Positions 1-11,063 of a DNA stretch of 36,496 nucleotides are shown piece after piece; positions within the stretch are counted from its first letter, which is position 1; each line of letters opens with the position of its first letter. A program made the translations under genes and the position numbers. The notes beneath the pieces are model-generated. The model saw nothing but the letters and a program-made list of their open reading frames with translations, was not told the DNA's origin and made no database searches. Source of the stretch: Licmophora abbreviata (taxonomy: Eukaryota); assembly GCA_900291995.1 (NCBI GenBank), contig OLMU01004926.1, forward strand, positions 1 to 36,496. Direction: 5' to 3'.

Positions 1-444
1 GTGAGCTCGGCCAGTCGTTTCGACTCTCCGGACAAGCGCAACGTGTTTACTTGATGGATGTGGGTGTGGCTGGCGTTGAAAGCGGACGTCGCCAGTTTTC
101 AGTTTTCAAGTTTCGCTTTCGATCTTCATCCCGGGGCGCCACTTCCACGCGTCGCCTCGTCGCCTCACAATCAATGCCATACGTGGGTCGTCAGGCCTGC
201 GTCCGTACGGATCAACTTCAACACAGTCTCAGATTGATTCGATTGGACTGCTTCGACTCGGGGAGAATGTTTTAGAGAAGTCTCTAGAGTCTACGTTTGC
301 TCCTTTCCGATGTTGCAGTTACCTCAACCTTGTTCTATCCTCTAGTGCTGGTATGCAACATGGAAGCATCGGTCTCTGATTCTATTCTACTTGTATTTCT
401 AAAATGTGTGGCATACTTGCGATGACGTAATGCCCTCACTTCCG

Positions 445-3415
445 TCACCGCAGCGACGTGTAGAACCGTTTGATGAGATAGTAACCAACAATAGCGAGGG
501 GAATCATCGGAAAGAAGATCGCATTGACAAAGTCCGTAAAGACGTCTTGGTCGATGAACGCACTGATGGTAATCATACTGTCACCAAAGACACGGCCAAG
601 GGTTCCAACAAGAGTGGCAAGCAGTCCACTGTTGATGAAGGTGTTGTTCAGTTTCGGGGGCGTTGTCTTGGCCATGATGCTCGTGACGACTCCCTCTAAG
701 ATGACTGTCCCCATGAAGACAGCGGAAAGAAATAATATATAAACGAACTTGCCATAGCCCCAGTCGTAAGGAACTTCGCGCTCCTCGTTCAGGACATTCT
801 GAATGTCGGTCCCGCCGATTGTTACGTCAACCGTGTGGGTTCCATTCGCACTTTGAATGTCGTCCGTACTAACGCTCAGAGTCTTTGCTGCAAGACCCAG
901 CAGGTCAAAGACGAGTCCTCCATAGTTCAGGATGCCAAATAAGCTGATACAAATAAACACGACGGACAACTGCACCGGTGCCCACAAGCAAATACAGACA
1001 GCAATGTCGTCAGTTGAAATAACGGGAGCGCTCACAGAGGTCAAGATTCTCTTACAAACCTTCATGATTTTCCGCTCGGAATACAGTCGTGATGCTCGCT
1101 CTACAACAAAATGAGCGGGTAGAACCAGCGAGCCCAGAGAAGCAATCAAGAATCCAGCTCGTGATCCGTTCCAGTTAAAATAGCGTCGACACACCATAGA
1201 GCACGAGGAAATGAGCACCTCGTCCACCAGCTCGATAAAGCCAAAGAGGAGTAGTGTCACAGGCAGAGCCATGTTTGAAAAGACAAGATGCTTGATGAGT
1301 AAAAGCTGAGACAGTGCATTGTTCCGCGCTAAGCCCGGCTTAAAAGACGACCCGTCCTGTGGCACCTCCAAACCACTTGTCCCATATTTTGTGCCGTCTC
1401 GTTCGGCCCCATCATCCAGGGATACGATCGAGTCTTTCTTCTGGCGCAACTCGTTGCTCCCATTGATTCGCTCTGGTTCGCGAAAAAGCACCAACAGAGC
1501 TACAATTTCCAAGAACCAAAGACCTGCCATGACAAATCCCGGGCTTGTAACATGATTGTAGATGATTCCCCCTGAGGGTAGGAACGGCATTCTCAGACCG
1601 ACGTTCATGTCCCGACCCGATACAATATCGAGGATGGCTGCCAACAAGGGCCCGACGCTCATCCCAATGGCCCCTGCGGCAACAAAGAATGCACTTGCTT
1701 GTGTCATGTTTCGAAACGACACGCACGCGCTGATCAACTGTCGATTAACCACCTCCGCCGAGCCGAAGCCACACAAGATTCTCCCCCACATGGCAACCCG
1801 CATGGATCCATAGGATAGCGCGAGTGCATACAACAAATTCCCGATGCAAGGACAGAAAGCGGAGAAGAGAAGCGCAGACCGAAACGAGCTCTTTGTGTAC
1901 CAAAGCGAGTACAGGAAGGCAGCGAAAATGGCGGAAAGCGAAGAAGCTCCTACCAGTGTAGCGCCAAAAGCACCGTTCGTTCCGAGAAGAATGGCGTAGT
2001 GATTAGCCGTTGGTGCAACAATGTAGTAATTGACCTGGAACGGAAGTAATTGGTGAGCCCTCTCTTCATGAGTGTATCCATTTGACTGTTCCAACAAGCA
2101 AGAAACTTACCGTATAGAGCAACGTGGACAGGAGGTTGATCGTGAGGGATGACGAATCGACGCCACCCCAAGAATCCAGTTCCATGTCGAGGTCTCCGAT
2201 GCTAGCGTCGTCCGCACTCGGTATTCCTGTCTTCGAAACCACTCGTCTCTCCCAGTCTTTCAGTGCCACCTTACCCATGACCAGGAGAGCATCGGGCTGG
2301 AATCGCACCAAGAGAGACAGAGCTGTCTGCGTCGCGCGTTCTAGACCAGCGGGGTCGTGTCCAGTCATTATCATGGCCTTACTGGACAAAAACGCCTGAA
2401 AAGGCTGATTCACTCTCTGAGCGTACTGTCTCACGGTATCAATGGATGAAACGGTACATTTGAACCTGAGCAGTGAAACGGGATAGCTGCTGGAAGCTTC
2501 TCCCTCCTCGGCAGCTTGGTATGAGTGCGTTCTATCTATTCTGGTTTTATTCAAATTCTCCGCCGCGTGCTCTAGGTCAAGCAACTCTGTCGATAGCGAC
2601 GAGTGGATGGCCGCTACAGAAGCAGAATTGGCCAATTGCTGCAAGTGATCCTCAGGTCCACCGACGAGTCGGTCAGATATGCTCCTCTCTTCGTCCTCCT
2701 CCTCATCGCCGGGCGGCGAAGGACCCATGATCTTACCAGTTCGGAAGATAATCTTGTCGTGCTTCTTGAGAATCTTCCGTATGCCCATGGCATTGACACA
2801 GACAAATTTCAAGAGATGCAGCAGCTCAACACCGAGTGATGTATACTCGTCGATGGACGTAGAAGCCGGGCGGACTAGAACGTCTCGACGAAACATAGCT
2901 TGTGTCTCGACGCCCTTTCTGCGCATGCGCTTGGGCGTTCTCATCGGACTCGAAGCAATCGATCCTCTGGGCAGTAAGTCGTCTGCTTCGTCGTCTCCAT
3001 ACGGCGTGAACGAGTCTTCGACTGTCGCAGTGATGATCGCTGCCTCGAAAGTATCCCCCTCGTGAGTCAGCTGTTGCTGGGACGGTTGATGAATCTGGAG
3101 AGCATCTTGAGCGAATCGTAGTGAACCAACGGCTTCGGCGATTTCACCTTGCCGAGTAAGCGTGAACAACGAGACCTTTTCGATCTCTCTTCGAAGACTT
3201 TGAAGAAACCTGTCTTCCAAGCTGTCGACCCGCTGCTCTCCAGACGGTGCCGGCGTCCTAGTGTCAGACTCCTCAGTGATGGCACCCAAATTTGTAGTAC
3301 CAGCTCGAAGAGACTCGATTTGTTCCAAAATTGATCGCAGCGAATCGTAATCGAGGTAAGCATCCTCCCATCCAGGACGACGAGCTCGTCGTAGCGTATC
3401 ACCATACGCTACCAT
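445..3415 (-). CDS. SPX-MFS domain protein (vacuolar phosphate transporter family, PHT5/VPT-like); exons 3415-2111, 2034-1060, 969-445 (~934 aa)
   Basis: SPX-type start MVAYG...W...YLDYDSLR, plus EIEKVSLF and N.MGIRKILKKHDK. Intron 2110-2035 (GTAAGT...TTCCAG) joins LLSTLLYT|VNYYIVAPTANHY, the start of the MFS region in SPX-MFS proteins. A probable in-frame intron lies at 1059-970 (GTTTGT...TGCAG). Many hydrophobic helices. Confidence 0.9.
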
Positions 3416-3761
3416 GGTCCATGTTGCCTTTCGCAAAGAGAGGATGGTAAAGACGGGGTCGTCGCCGCGGGGATTCGTGGTATACGAACTCCATTTATCC
3501 GCGGAGTTTGGAATCGAATCAATCCAAGAGTACCGGTACGAGACGCGGAGGCCGATGATACGTGTTGGAGTAGATCTAAAGAGGCCGCCATGCGGCTTGT
3601 GTGGGACAACGAAATCTAAAGGACGGACAGTGTAGGTACAAGTGGGAGAGCGAGTGCATACGTGTTAGAGATACGACTGCGTAAAAAAGTTGACACGCAG
3701 CTAGAGGTTCTTGTTTCACTCTCTAGAGTCACCACCATTCCGTACTATGATACTACTATTT

Positions 3762-4243
3762 CTACTTCTTCGATACGGATGGAGCGGCACTACTGCTAGC
3801 ATTACTGCTTGCTCGTTCCATGGTACTCCCGAGCGCGACCCCCAAGCCCGCCGCTATCCCGGCCGATCGCCATCCCTTGCCCGATCGAAAGAGCAATGCT
3901 CCCAAGGCACCTCCTGCCGCCATTCCCACCACCGCGTGAATAAGACCTATGTATAATCATGATTGGTAACGAAATTGCAAAGGTGGAAGAAGGTAAGACG
4001 ATGATTGTACGAGCCAAACGAAGCATACACAGCACTAGCTAGCTAGTATTGGCCATTCGAGGTGCTGGATGATACTGTGGCGCGGGGTCCAAGGGTATCA
4101 GTCGTCAATCTCATTTGTTTCTTCTTACCCGTTTCAACATGATCTTCAATCCCCTCGGGAAGCTTCCATGTGGATATCTTGGGTGCCTCGATGGGGGGAG
4201 AAGCAGTGTCTTGCGGCGGCGGCGGCGTGTCGTTGGCGCTCAT
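3762..4243 (-). CDS. Mic10/MINOS1-like small MICOS membrane protein; exons 4243-4129, 3946-3762 (99 aa)
   Basis: Intron 4128-3947 (GTAAGA...CATAG) gives MSANDT...LPEGIEDHVETGLIHAVVGMAAGGALGALLFRSGKGWRSAGIAAGLGVALGSTMERASS...KK*. Two Gly-rich hydrophobic segments are separated by a short basic loop, the Mic10 pattern. The exon 2 frame is not in the ORF track. Confidence 0.7.
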
Positions 4244-4509
4244 GGTCAGCTTCCAAGAAATGGGCGTGAGGCCTGAGCGCAAAAGTCGCGTGAGTCGAAG
4301 GGGTCGAAGGAGTCAGTAAGCAGTCGAAGGAGTCCGTCGATTGTACTCGTATCATACCAGTGGCAAGGCCACGCACTTCGTAGAAGATGTACTGAAGGCT
4401 ACGAGTGAAGAGGTGAGTCGTAGTCGACCGGCTCGCTGTGTAGAAAGTGTAGCACGTCTACACGTGACACACAACGCACACAAAAGAACACACAAGAGAA
4501 GCCGAGACG

Positions 4510-6025
4510 ATGAAGGGTCGTGGCGTATTTACGACGCTCTTGGCGTCGGCAGTGGTGCTATGTAGAGTCTCTGGTACCTCCTGGAGGTCAAGTAGTCCAC
4601 TGGGTGCTCCGAGGTCGTTTCTTGTGGTGAAAAAGGACATTTTGAATGCCAAATCGGCGACGGCCAGTCTCAGCAGCACTGGTACTAGTAGCAGTGGCGC
4701 GTCGTCGTTTGGAACAGTCCAGAAGGATCCAGATCAGCAACAACAACAACAACAACAAGCAGAAGAAGAAGACTCTGGAGAGATTGCAAGGGGAGGACAT
4801 GCGTCGACCAGAGTCAGGACGCCAAGAGACGGAAGCTTCGAAAACCTGGCATCGCCCGACACTGATGGCAATCGCGCCTCATCTTCTTCTTCTTCGTCGT
4901 CGATATCTACACGAGTATCATCCTCCGAGTCCACAGAAGCATCAGCAGCATCACCAGGCATGAGCAAAAAGGAAAGGCGAAAGAAGAAAAAGGAAATGGA
5001 CGGAACTGCCGCGATCTATGCCAAGAAACTCAAGGTACGTCATCCAGCCACGCGACTGGCTCGAGAGGATGCAGCCCTTGAGTGGCGTTCGTGCATCAGA
5101 GACTCGCTCGACTCTTCCTGACTCTCTCTCTTACCTGTAATCACACTCATTAGAACCGTAACAGTGTCAACATTCGTCGCAAAGTCATGCACGCAGGCTT
5201 TGGCTTGTTCTTTGGCACCTTGAACTATCTCATTCCAAAATCCAGATTTGTTCCGGGCATGACGATACTTACATCTGCAACTTTGCTCATGGAATTATTG
5301 AGATACAAGAAGGGATTTGGATGGATGAACGACGCCTTGCACTTTACCTTGGGCAGTAGCTTACGAAAACACGAAATGCAGGGAAAGTTCACTGGAAGCT
5401 TCTACTTTTTTCTCGGAGTGACCGTCACCTCGGCCCTGTATCCCACCTCCTGTGCGTCCCTAGGTATTTGTCAATTGGCACTGGCGGATCCATCGGCGTC
5501 GTACTTTGGAAGACAAACACGACATGTCTACTGGAGTCGCATTGAAAAGTGAGTTTGATTGTATCGCGTGTGCATAGGATGTGTGCAATGGAGAGGATCT
5601 TGTATGTATCAGATGAGTGTCATTCGTATTCACACTATTCATTTTTGGTGCTGTACAGCGGCCTCTATGGATTCGGTCGCAACAAGGGCATTCTTGGCTT
5701 CTTGGGTGGCGCCCTCTTTTGCTTCCCCTTCAACTATCGAGTACTGAGTCTCGCCAAATTTGGTGCTCAAGCCGTCATTCCAGGCGGCAAACAAGCCGTC
5801 GTGACTGCGTCCCTCTTGCTCGGCCTGGCGGGAGCCTTGGCGGACCTGGCCGTCCCCACCCCGGCACTGACGCTACCGAAAAAGATATTGGGAGTACCGG
5901 TGCCGCCCTTTCATGTCGATGACAATTTCGTGGTGCCCATCTTTTCCGGATACGCCTGTACGAAAGTGTTTCAGTATTTGAACTGGCCGGTCGATGTGGA
6001 GTTTGCAAAGTACATTTTGTTGTAG
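4510..6025 (+). CDS. CTP-dependent membrane lipid kinase (Dgk1 / phytol kinase / dolichol kinase family); exons 4510-5034, 5154-5548, 5659-6025 (~428 aa)
   Basis: Introns 5035-5153 (GTACGT...TTAG) and 5549-5658 (GTGAGT...TACAG) keep the frame. Motifs RRKVMH, GSFYFFLG, ADPSASYFGR, NKGILG and DDN match this family. A signal-peptide-like N-terminus is followed by a Ser/Gln-rich linker. Confidence 0.8.
4738..4758 (+). repeat. (CAA)7 microsatellite encoding poly-Gln
   Basis: Read directly, inside exon 1 of the lipid kinase. Confidence 0.9.
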
Positions 6026-6444
6026 AGAACGAGGAGGAGCAGGATCACCATGCAGGGATGAGTGTATTTTACAAAAAGACCGACTGACTGCACGCTCTGC
6101 TGGAGACGGACGTGTCGAACGAATGACATGAGAGGCCTGCCGTGCCGATATGTTATTATTATTTTACGGTTGTTTTCATGAAAGAGCCAAGGGAGGCATG
6201 CATCTCAGCTCCGGATGCAACATGTTACTTCATTTGACACTCTGACACACATATACATGCACGCACACCCTTCCGCGCTGAAATGGCAGCAACACACAAT
6301 GAGAAACAAGGGGTGTCGCACTATTCTTGTTATATTATAAATGAAACAAATGTAGGACCAAGACCATCCAGTCTAGACTGCGATATGTAGTATACTATTA
6401 TGACCCAATCCACCACGAAGTACATTGTTTCTTAAAAACGGTTC

Positions 6445-7341
6445 TCAATACACTCGGATAGCATCCAACAACAGAGGCGTCTCAAGGCCTTCGCTGACAT
6501 TGACAGCATCAGCATCAGTACCATAATATCCAGTTTGCTCTTCCACAGCTTCTTCGTCGTCCTTGAGTACTGTCGCTCCCTCCAAGATCATCGTTTCTGC
6601 TTTTGTCCCGATCTTCATGCACCAAAACATCACAATAGCGGTAACCATCAAACTCACAAGTCCCATTGCAAACCCTAGTTTCCACCATGCCGCTGTAAAG
6701 CTCCGACTCGGCCAGACGAAAAATAGAATCTGTTTCTGTACGAGAAAGGTCAGGAGCAAGCCAAAGAATGTATGTTTGAGCTGCTGTGTGAAGGAGACGA
6801 GTCTCAATGCCTCGTTCATCTTGGACTTGAGGAGGGCCGATTTTGGGTGTCCCTTGAGTACAAGCAGTTCCATCCTACTAGCATCCGACATCGATGAATC
6901 TTGCGCTCCTTCTAATGATCTGATATCTGCTTGAAGGAGTCGAAAGGCTTTGCGAAAGCGGCGGCGTCCTTTCAATGTGTGACTACTGGTGTCCTCGAGC
7001 GGCAGGATCAGCTCGTACTCCACGTCGACATGATAGGATACGCCCCGAAGGTGACCGAAGAGTTCGACACGATGTTCACGTCGTTGTACAATGGTGCCTT
7101 CCACCATGATGGCAGAGTTAGGATCCATGTAATACTGTTGATAGATGCCTCGAACCTTGGGAAGAAGGAAGGAAGCACGAAGGACCGCAACAGGACCGAT
7201 ACAGATCATTGCAAGGATGCCAACGCAAGTTGCAAGCAGTAGCGTTAAGAAGCATCGAATGGAAGAAGGAAGGGAGCGAAGAATAGAGGGAGTGAAATCG
7301 CGATTCGTTCGCTCCGTGATGATGACCGGCGTCGTCGTCAT
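6445..7341 (-). CDS. Hypothetical membrane protein (298 aa), possibly DUF3592-like
   Basis: Single ATG ORF. An N-terminal TM is followed by a soluble segment (VEGTIV...YHVDVEY...LLVLKGHPKSA) and two C-terminal TMs. The C-terminal ETPLLL is a dileucine-type motif. The DUF resemblance is by eye only. Confidence 0.7.
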   Translation of the reverse strand: MTTTPVIITERTNRDFTPSILRSLPSSIRCFLTLLLATCVGILAMICIGPVAVLRASFLLPKVRGIYQQYYMDPNSAIMVEGTIVQRREHRVELFGHLRGVSYHVDVEYELILPLEDTSSHTLKGRRRFRKAFRLLQADIRSLEGAQDSSMSDASRMELLVLKGHPKSALLKSKMNEALRLVSFTQQLKHTFFGLLLTFLVQKQILFFVWPSRSFTAAWWKLGFAMGLVSLMVTAIVMFWCMKIGTKAETMILEGATVLKDDEEAVEEQTGYYGTDADAVNVSEGLETPLLLDAIRVY

Positions 7342-7684
7342 TATTACAAAGAAATTGGTACACTTTGCTGCTGCTGCTGCGGTGGATGCTATTCTCTAGA
7401 GTCACGGTTTTGTACGTTTCAGTAGTGTGTCGGTTAATCGCCGTTCAACACCTTTGTATGGCATGTGATGACACCGAGGAAGGAAGACTGAACGAAAACA
7501 AAGGCGCACTTACTTTTACGCCATGGTGATTTGATGTATTTTTTCGAACACACGCGACTGCGACGAGTTTCCCCAAAAGTCAAAAATTGAATCTCTTTTG
7601 AGAGCTCGTAGCTCGAGGACGAACAAAGTTGCGCGACACGTCACAGATCACAGAACCAAAAGCACCTCACAAAACACGGCGACC

Positions 7685-8938
7685 ATGGCAACAGCGCGAC
7701 CCACCGGCGGTGCCTGGAGCAGCCTTGGACTCTTCCTGCTGCTGATCCTTCTGCAAGAGCGCTCTCTCACTGATGCGTTGGTCACCACTGCCTCCTATAG
7801 ACCAAGAGGACGAAGACTCACCGAGCAGCACCGCGCGACATGGCGCATCATGCCATCGCCGCCGTCCGAGTCGCTTTGGAGAGTGCCGCGGGTACGCTTG
7901 GAAAGCAGCAAGACACAACAGGGAGAGAGAGCAACACCGCCTACGGACGTGGAATCATCACTCTTGGACGACATAGGAGATGCAAAACAGTGGCAACAAC
8001 GAGACTTGACGACTTCGTCGACCACTACTAGCATACCAGACGACAGTACAGTAACTCACCTCGGTCTCGTCGTAGGCATGACTCTCTGGTGGTACGTCTT
8101 GTCCACACTCCAAATGTGGCAGAATCCATCGGATTTCTTGGGTTTCCCCGACTGGACGACGCAGACCTTGGCTGCATACGTCACACTCAGTCAACTCCTC
8201 GTTTACGCTGTCCTCTACAAGATGGCCTCTGCGACGACTCTCCGCCATGCCCAGACCCTTGTCCTCGCAGCCACGGCCCTGTGCATCCCTGCTGACGCTC
8301 TCGTCATTTTATTTGATCCCACGGGGAGCAGAGTCACAACGGTACTCGCCTTTGCCGGTGTTACCATGTGCTTTGGAGTATACCTCTGTCACTACTTGCG
8401 CAAGGCGGCCTATCGAGAACAACAGCAGTATGACGCCATGGACCATCTTACTAGTACTAATATGACCCACGACGATCCTCACACGGACTTTTGGAAGACA
8501 CTCGAAACCTACCGACCGCCGCATAACATTCAAGCCACGCACATGGCCCTGGAGTTTGCACGATCTTTCGTGGCATTCACGGTTGCACCCACGGCCGTTC
8601 GGGACTCTCTCGGAGGTCCCGTTGGTGAACCCTTGCTGTTGGCCTCGCTTGTTTCCATTATACTCCACACGTCCCTCGAAATGGCCATTACGACAGTCTT
8701 TCCTGGAGTCGAACTGGAAGAGTATCCGGGCTTTGTCGCGACGGAGAGTGCACTGTACTTGGTGCACATGGTGGCGGGTTCGTACATTGCGCATCAGGCG
8801 ACCTTTGGAGACACGGTATGGGATCATTTGACCTATGCGTGGCTCTTTGGCAATGCCACGGCCAAGTTTCTTGGACGCATGAAGGTGCTGTTGGGAAAGA
8901 TCGACTTTGACGCCAAACTAGGTCTTTGTAAATTTTGA
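7685..8938 (+). CDS. Hypothetical multi-pass membrane protein with signal peptide and transit-peptide-like region (~417 aa)
   Basis: The first ATG is at 7685; the ORF-track start is TTG. A hydrophobic leader (LGLFLLLILL...TDA-L) is followed by an Arg/Ser-rich stretch and about 7-8 hydrophobic segments. Confidence 0.7.
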   Translation: MATARPTGGAWSSLGLFLLLILLQERSLTDALVTTASYRPRGRRLTEQHRATWRIMPSPPSESLWRVPRVRLESSKTQQGERATPPTDVESSLLDDIGDAKQWQQRDLTTSSTTTSIPDDSTVTHLGLVVGMTLWWYVLSTLQMWQNPSDFLGFPDWTTQTLAAYVTLSQLLVYAVLYKMASATTLRHAQTLVLAATALCIPADALVILFDPTGSRVTTVLAFAGVTMCFGVYLCHYLRKAAYREQQQYDAMDHLTSTNMTHDDPHTDFWKTLETYRPPHNIQATHMALEFARSFVAFTVAPTAVRDSLGGPVGEPLLLASLVSIILHTSLEMAITTVFPGVELEEYPGFVATESALYLVHMVAGSYIAHQATFGDTVWDHLTYAWLFGNATAKFLGRMKVLLGKIDFDAKLGLCKF

Positions 8939-9429
8939 ATAGAGTTTTGTCGTATGATAGACTCTATCAATCGCGCATGTCTATTTCTAGCTCCGGTGAT
9001 GACACGACGACCGAAGAGGCACTGGTCGTTTGACCATTTCCGGGGCATTATTTTGTTATGGTAGACCTGTCTACTTCCTCACGGGACGGTGTTTCAGTGT
9101 GAGAGAGGACTTGGGTTATGTTTATTGGAACTGAGTCGAGTCGAGTGAGTCGGTTGTTTCATTCCACACAAGAAAAGACACCGTGCGCTTGCGTCAGCAC
9201 ACCGCGACGACACGATCGCGCCCAGATGAAATTCTGATTGCCCTTGCTTTTGTTCTTTGCTTGAAGTAAAAGCTTGTCGTGTTCTCATTAGTGTTTCTGC
9301 TGCGCTGCTGCATTGAGTGCATCCTCGAACAGGATAGATCGTGCCCCAGGGAGACAACCAGAGTCTGCCTTTGGATTCTACATCAGCGAAAGAACAGAGA
9401 AGAGTTGGAACTGAAAAAAAAGAAAAAGA

Positions 9430-9798
9430 ATGACTCCAAATTTACAAGTTCGAAACGCATTGGCGTTTCTCGCCATTCTCGCCATTGCAGTGTGCTGGAC
9501 GCCGCCATCCGCACTGTCCTTCTCGCCACAGCCCAAGTTTCTCCACCACTCGACCTCCTCCTCCTCCTCTTCTCCCCTGTTTCTTCACCCCAGTCAGGCC
9601 AAGGATCTGGAGGAATGTGCTTTGGAGTTGACTCTTGAGTGTATCGAGCGACAGCATGCCAGTAAGCAAGCAGGACAACAGCAGCTCGGAGACAGCTTCG
9701 ATCATGCTTCTACCAGTACATCTTCAGACCATCCTCATGGCCCCGCGTCCTGGTGTCGTCGTATGTGGAGCAAGTCGCTGGCAGTCTTGCGTCCGTAG
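9430..9798 (+). CDS. Small putative plastid-targeted protein of unknown function (122 aa)
   Basis: The ATG follows an A-rich leader. The signal peptide ends ALS-FSP and is followed by a Ser-rich transit-like region (SSSSSSPLF) and a short mature part (HPSQAKDLEECA...GPASWCRRMW). Confidence 0.65.
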   Translation: MTPNLQVRNALAFLAILAIAVCWTPPSALSFSPQPKFLHHSTSSSSSSPLFLHPSQAKDLEECALELTLECIERQHASKQAGQQQLGDSFDHASTSTSSDHPHGPASWCRRMWSKSLAVLRP

Positions 9799-10448
9799 GA
9801 AAAGGAAGGCGGATTCCGTCAGTCGAACCTCTACTCTCTGTTTCCTTGTGTGGCTCGAACTGGAAAGTTTGGCGCCGTCCAACACACACGAAGAGCACGA
9901 CACTTTCAACATTCTACGTCTTCGTGCACACTGTCCTTTTTTCCGAGGATCACAGACCGACGTTTGCCTACACGGCTCGGGAGCCCACTTGTGATTTCCT
10001 CCTCCTCTGTACCGGTACACAGTCTCCTGCTTTGTACACACAAACGACAAGCGTAACATACATACAGCACGTAACATTCTCTCCTGTAATAATCTAGTAA
10101 CAATGACGTTCAGTAGACTACAGAAACGAAGCTACTGCTAGAGAATTCTAAGAAGTGATTGTAAGTCGCCTCCACATCTCGCACCCAGATTTGCGTGTGT
10201 TTCGCATTATTTTCGATCCACAGTAGAAACTCGACGTGTGTCAGTGGAGGACGGGGGTCCACCTACTATCATCCTCATCATCTCCAGGCTACTGTCGACT
10301 GAATGGAATCTACTAAAGTAGAGAGGACAACTGCTGTGTCCTCTTGATCGCGGTCGGAGTACGCGCCGCCATTCGTCGGAGTACAAGCATACCGAGTCCT
10401 CATCAGAACAATGATCCATCCACGCTATACATTTATTGTATATTGATA

Positions 10449-11063
10449 CTACTCGCTCGTTATAGCTTCCATCATGGGTGGACTGGTAATTACACTGTAC
10501 AGTGTCAGCAAGAGTGCCGCTGCTGCAATACCAAACAAGACATAGGCTGTCAAGAACGCTCCTCGATCCAACACCCTTCTTTGTCCTCTGGCATTGTCAG
10601 GAACACTGTCATCATCGTTCTCCGCTCTTATATACACACTGTCCTTTCCAGTCCCAAAGGGCTCTCCCACCGCAATCCTCCTCCAAAACTCAACCGTGGC
10701 CCATCCAAAGGGGATCAAACCCGCCACAAAGACCCAAACGTCCGTGTTTCGGAACAGAGAGACTTGTGATAATGATGATGATTCGGTACTCATTGCGAGA
10801 AGCAGTGAAGAGACGGCTTGCTGGGGAAAAGGAATCGCATCGCCGTCCAGAAGTAGCAGTGGCGACATGTTGTGGAGGTGCAAACTCATCGAGGCATCGG
10901 CAGGTTTTCGAGGGAAAGTAGAAGTAGCGGTATGCATGGATCGCGAGCACCGCCTCATGGATGCAGGATGAGCGGAGGGACCCACAACGAAGGCTGACCC
11001 AGGGGTCGTCGCAGTTAACAACAGTAGCAGTGATACAGCCATCGCCGTTACGTTTGTGCCCAT
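10449..11063 (-). CDS. Putative plastid membrane protein of unknown function (~204 aa)
   Basis: First ATG at 11063. Signal peptide with a GSA-FVV cleavage motif and a transit peptide. The core VWVFVAGLIPFGWATVEFWRRIAVGEPFGTGKDSV...RG.RRVL looks conserved and has two TMs. Confidence 0.75.
   Translation of the reverse strand: MGTNVTAMAVSLLLLLTATTPGSAFVVGPSAHPASMRRCSRSMHTATSTFPRKPADASMSLHLHNMSPLLLLDGDAIPFPQQAVSSLLLAMSTESSSLSQVSLFRNTDVWVFVAGLIPFGWATVEFWRRIAVGEPFGTGKDSVYIRAENDDDSVPDNARGQRRVLDRGAFLTAYVLFGIAAAALLLTLYSVITSPPMMEAITSE

Noticed and set aside
281..291. Vector polylinker contamination (XbaI-SalI TCTAGAGTC)
   Set aside because: The flanking BamHI and SalI bases of the pUC cloning site are absent in all three copies.
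1..400. 74-aa ORF at 51-275 and other short intergenic ORFs (for example 9094-9357, 10207-10419, 14489-14677)
   Set aside because: Short, several with non-ATG starts, no motifs, and located in presumptive UTR or promoter DNA.
3470..3620. Phosphate-starvation (PSR-type GAATCT) sites upstream of SPX-MFS
   Set aside because: Only near matches (GGAATCGAATCAATC, AGATCT, GAAATCT) and no exact site.
4034..4047. 14-bp palindrome ACTAGCTAGCTAGT in the Mic10-like intron
   Set aside because: A simple (CTAG)n micro-repeat, self-complementary by construction.
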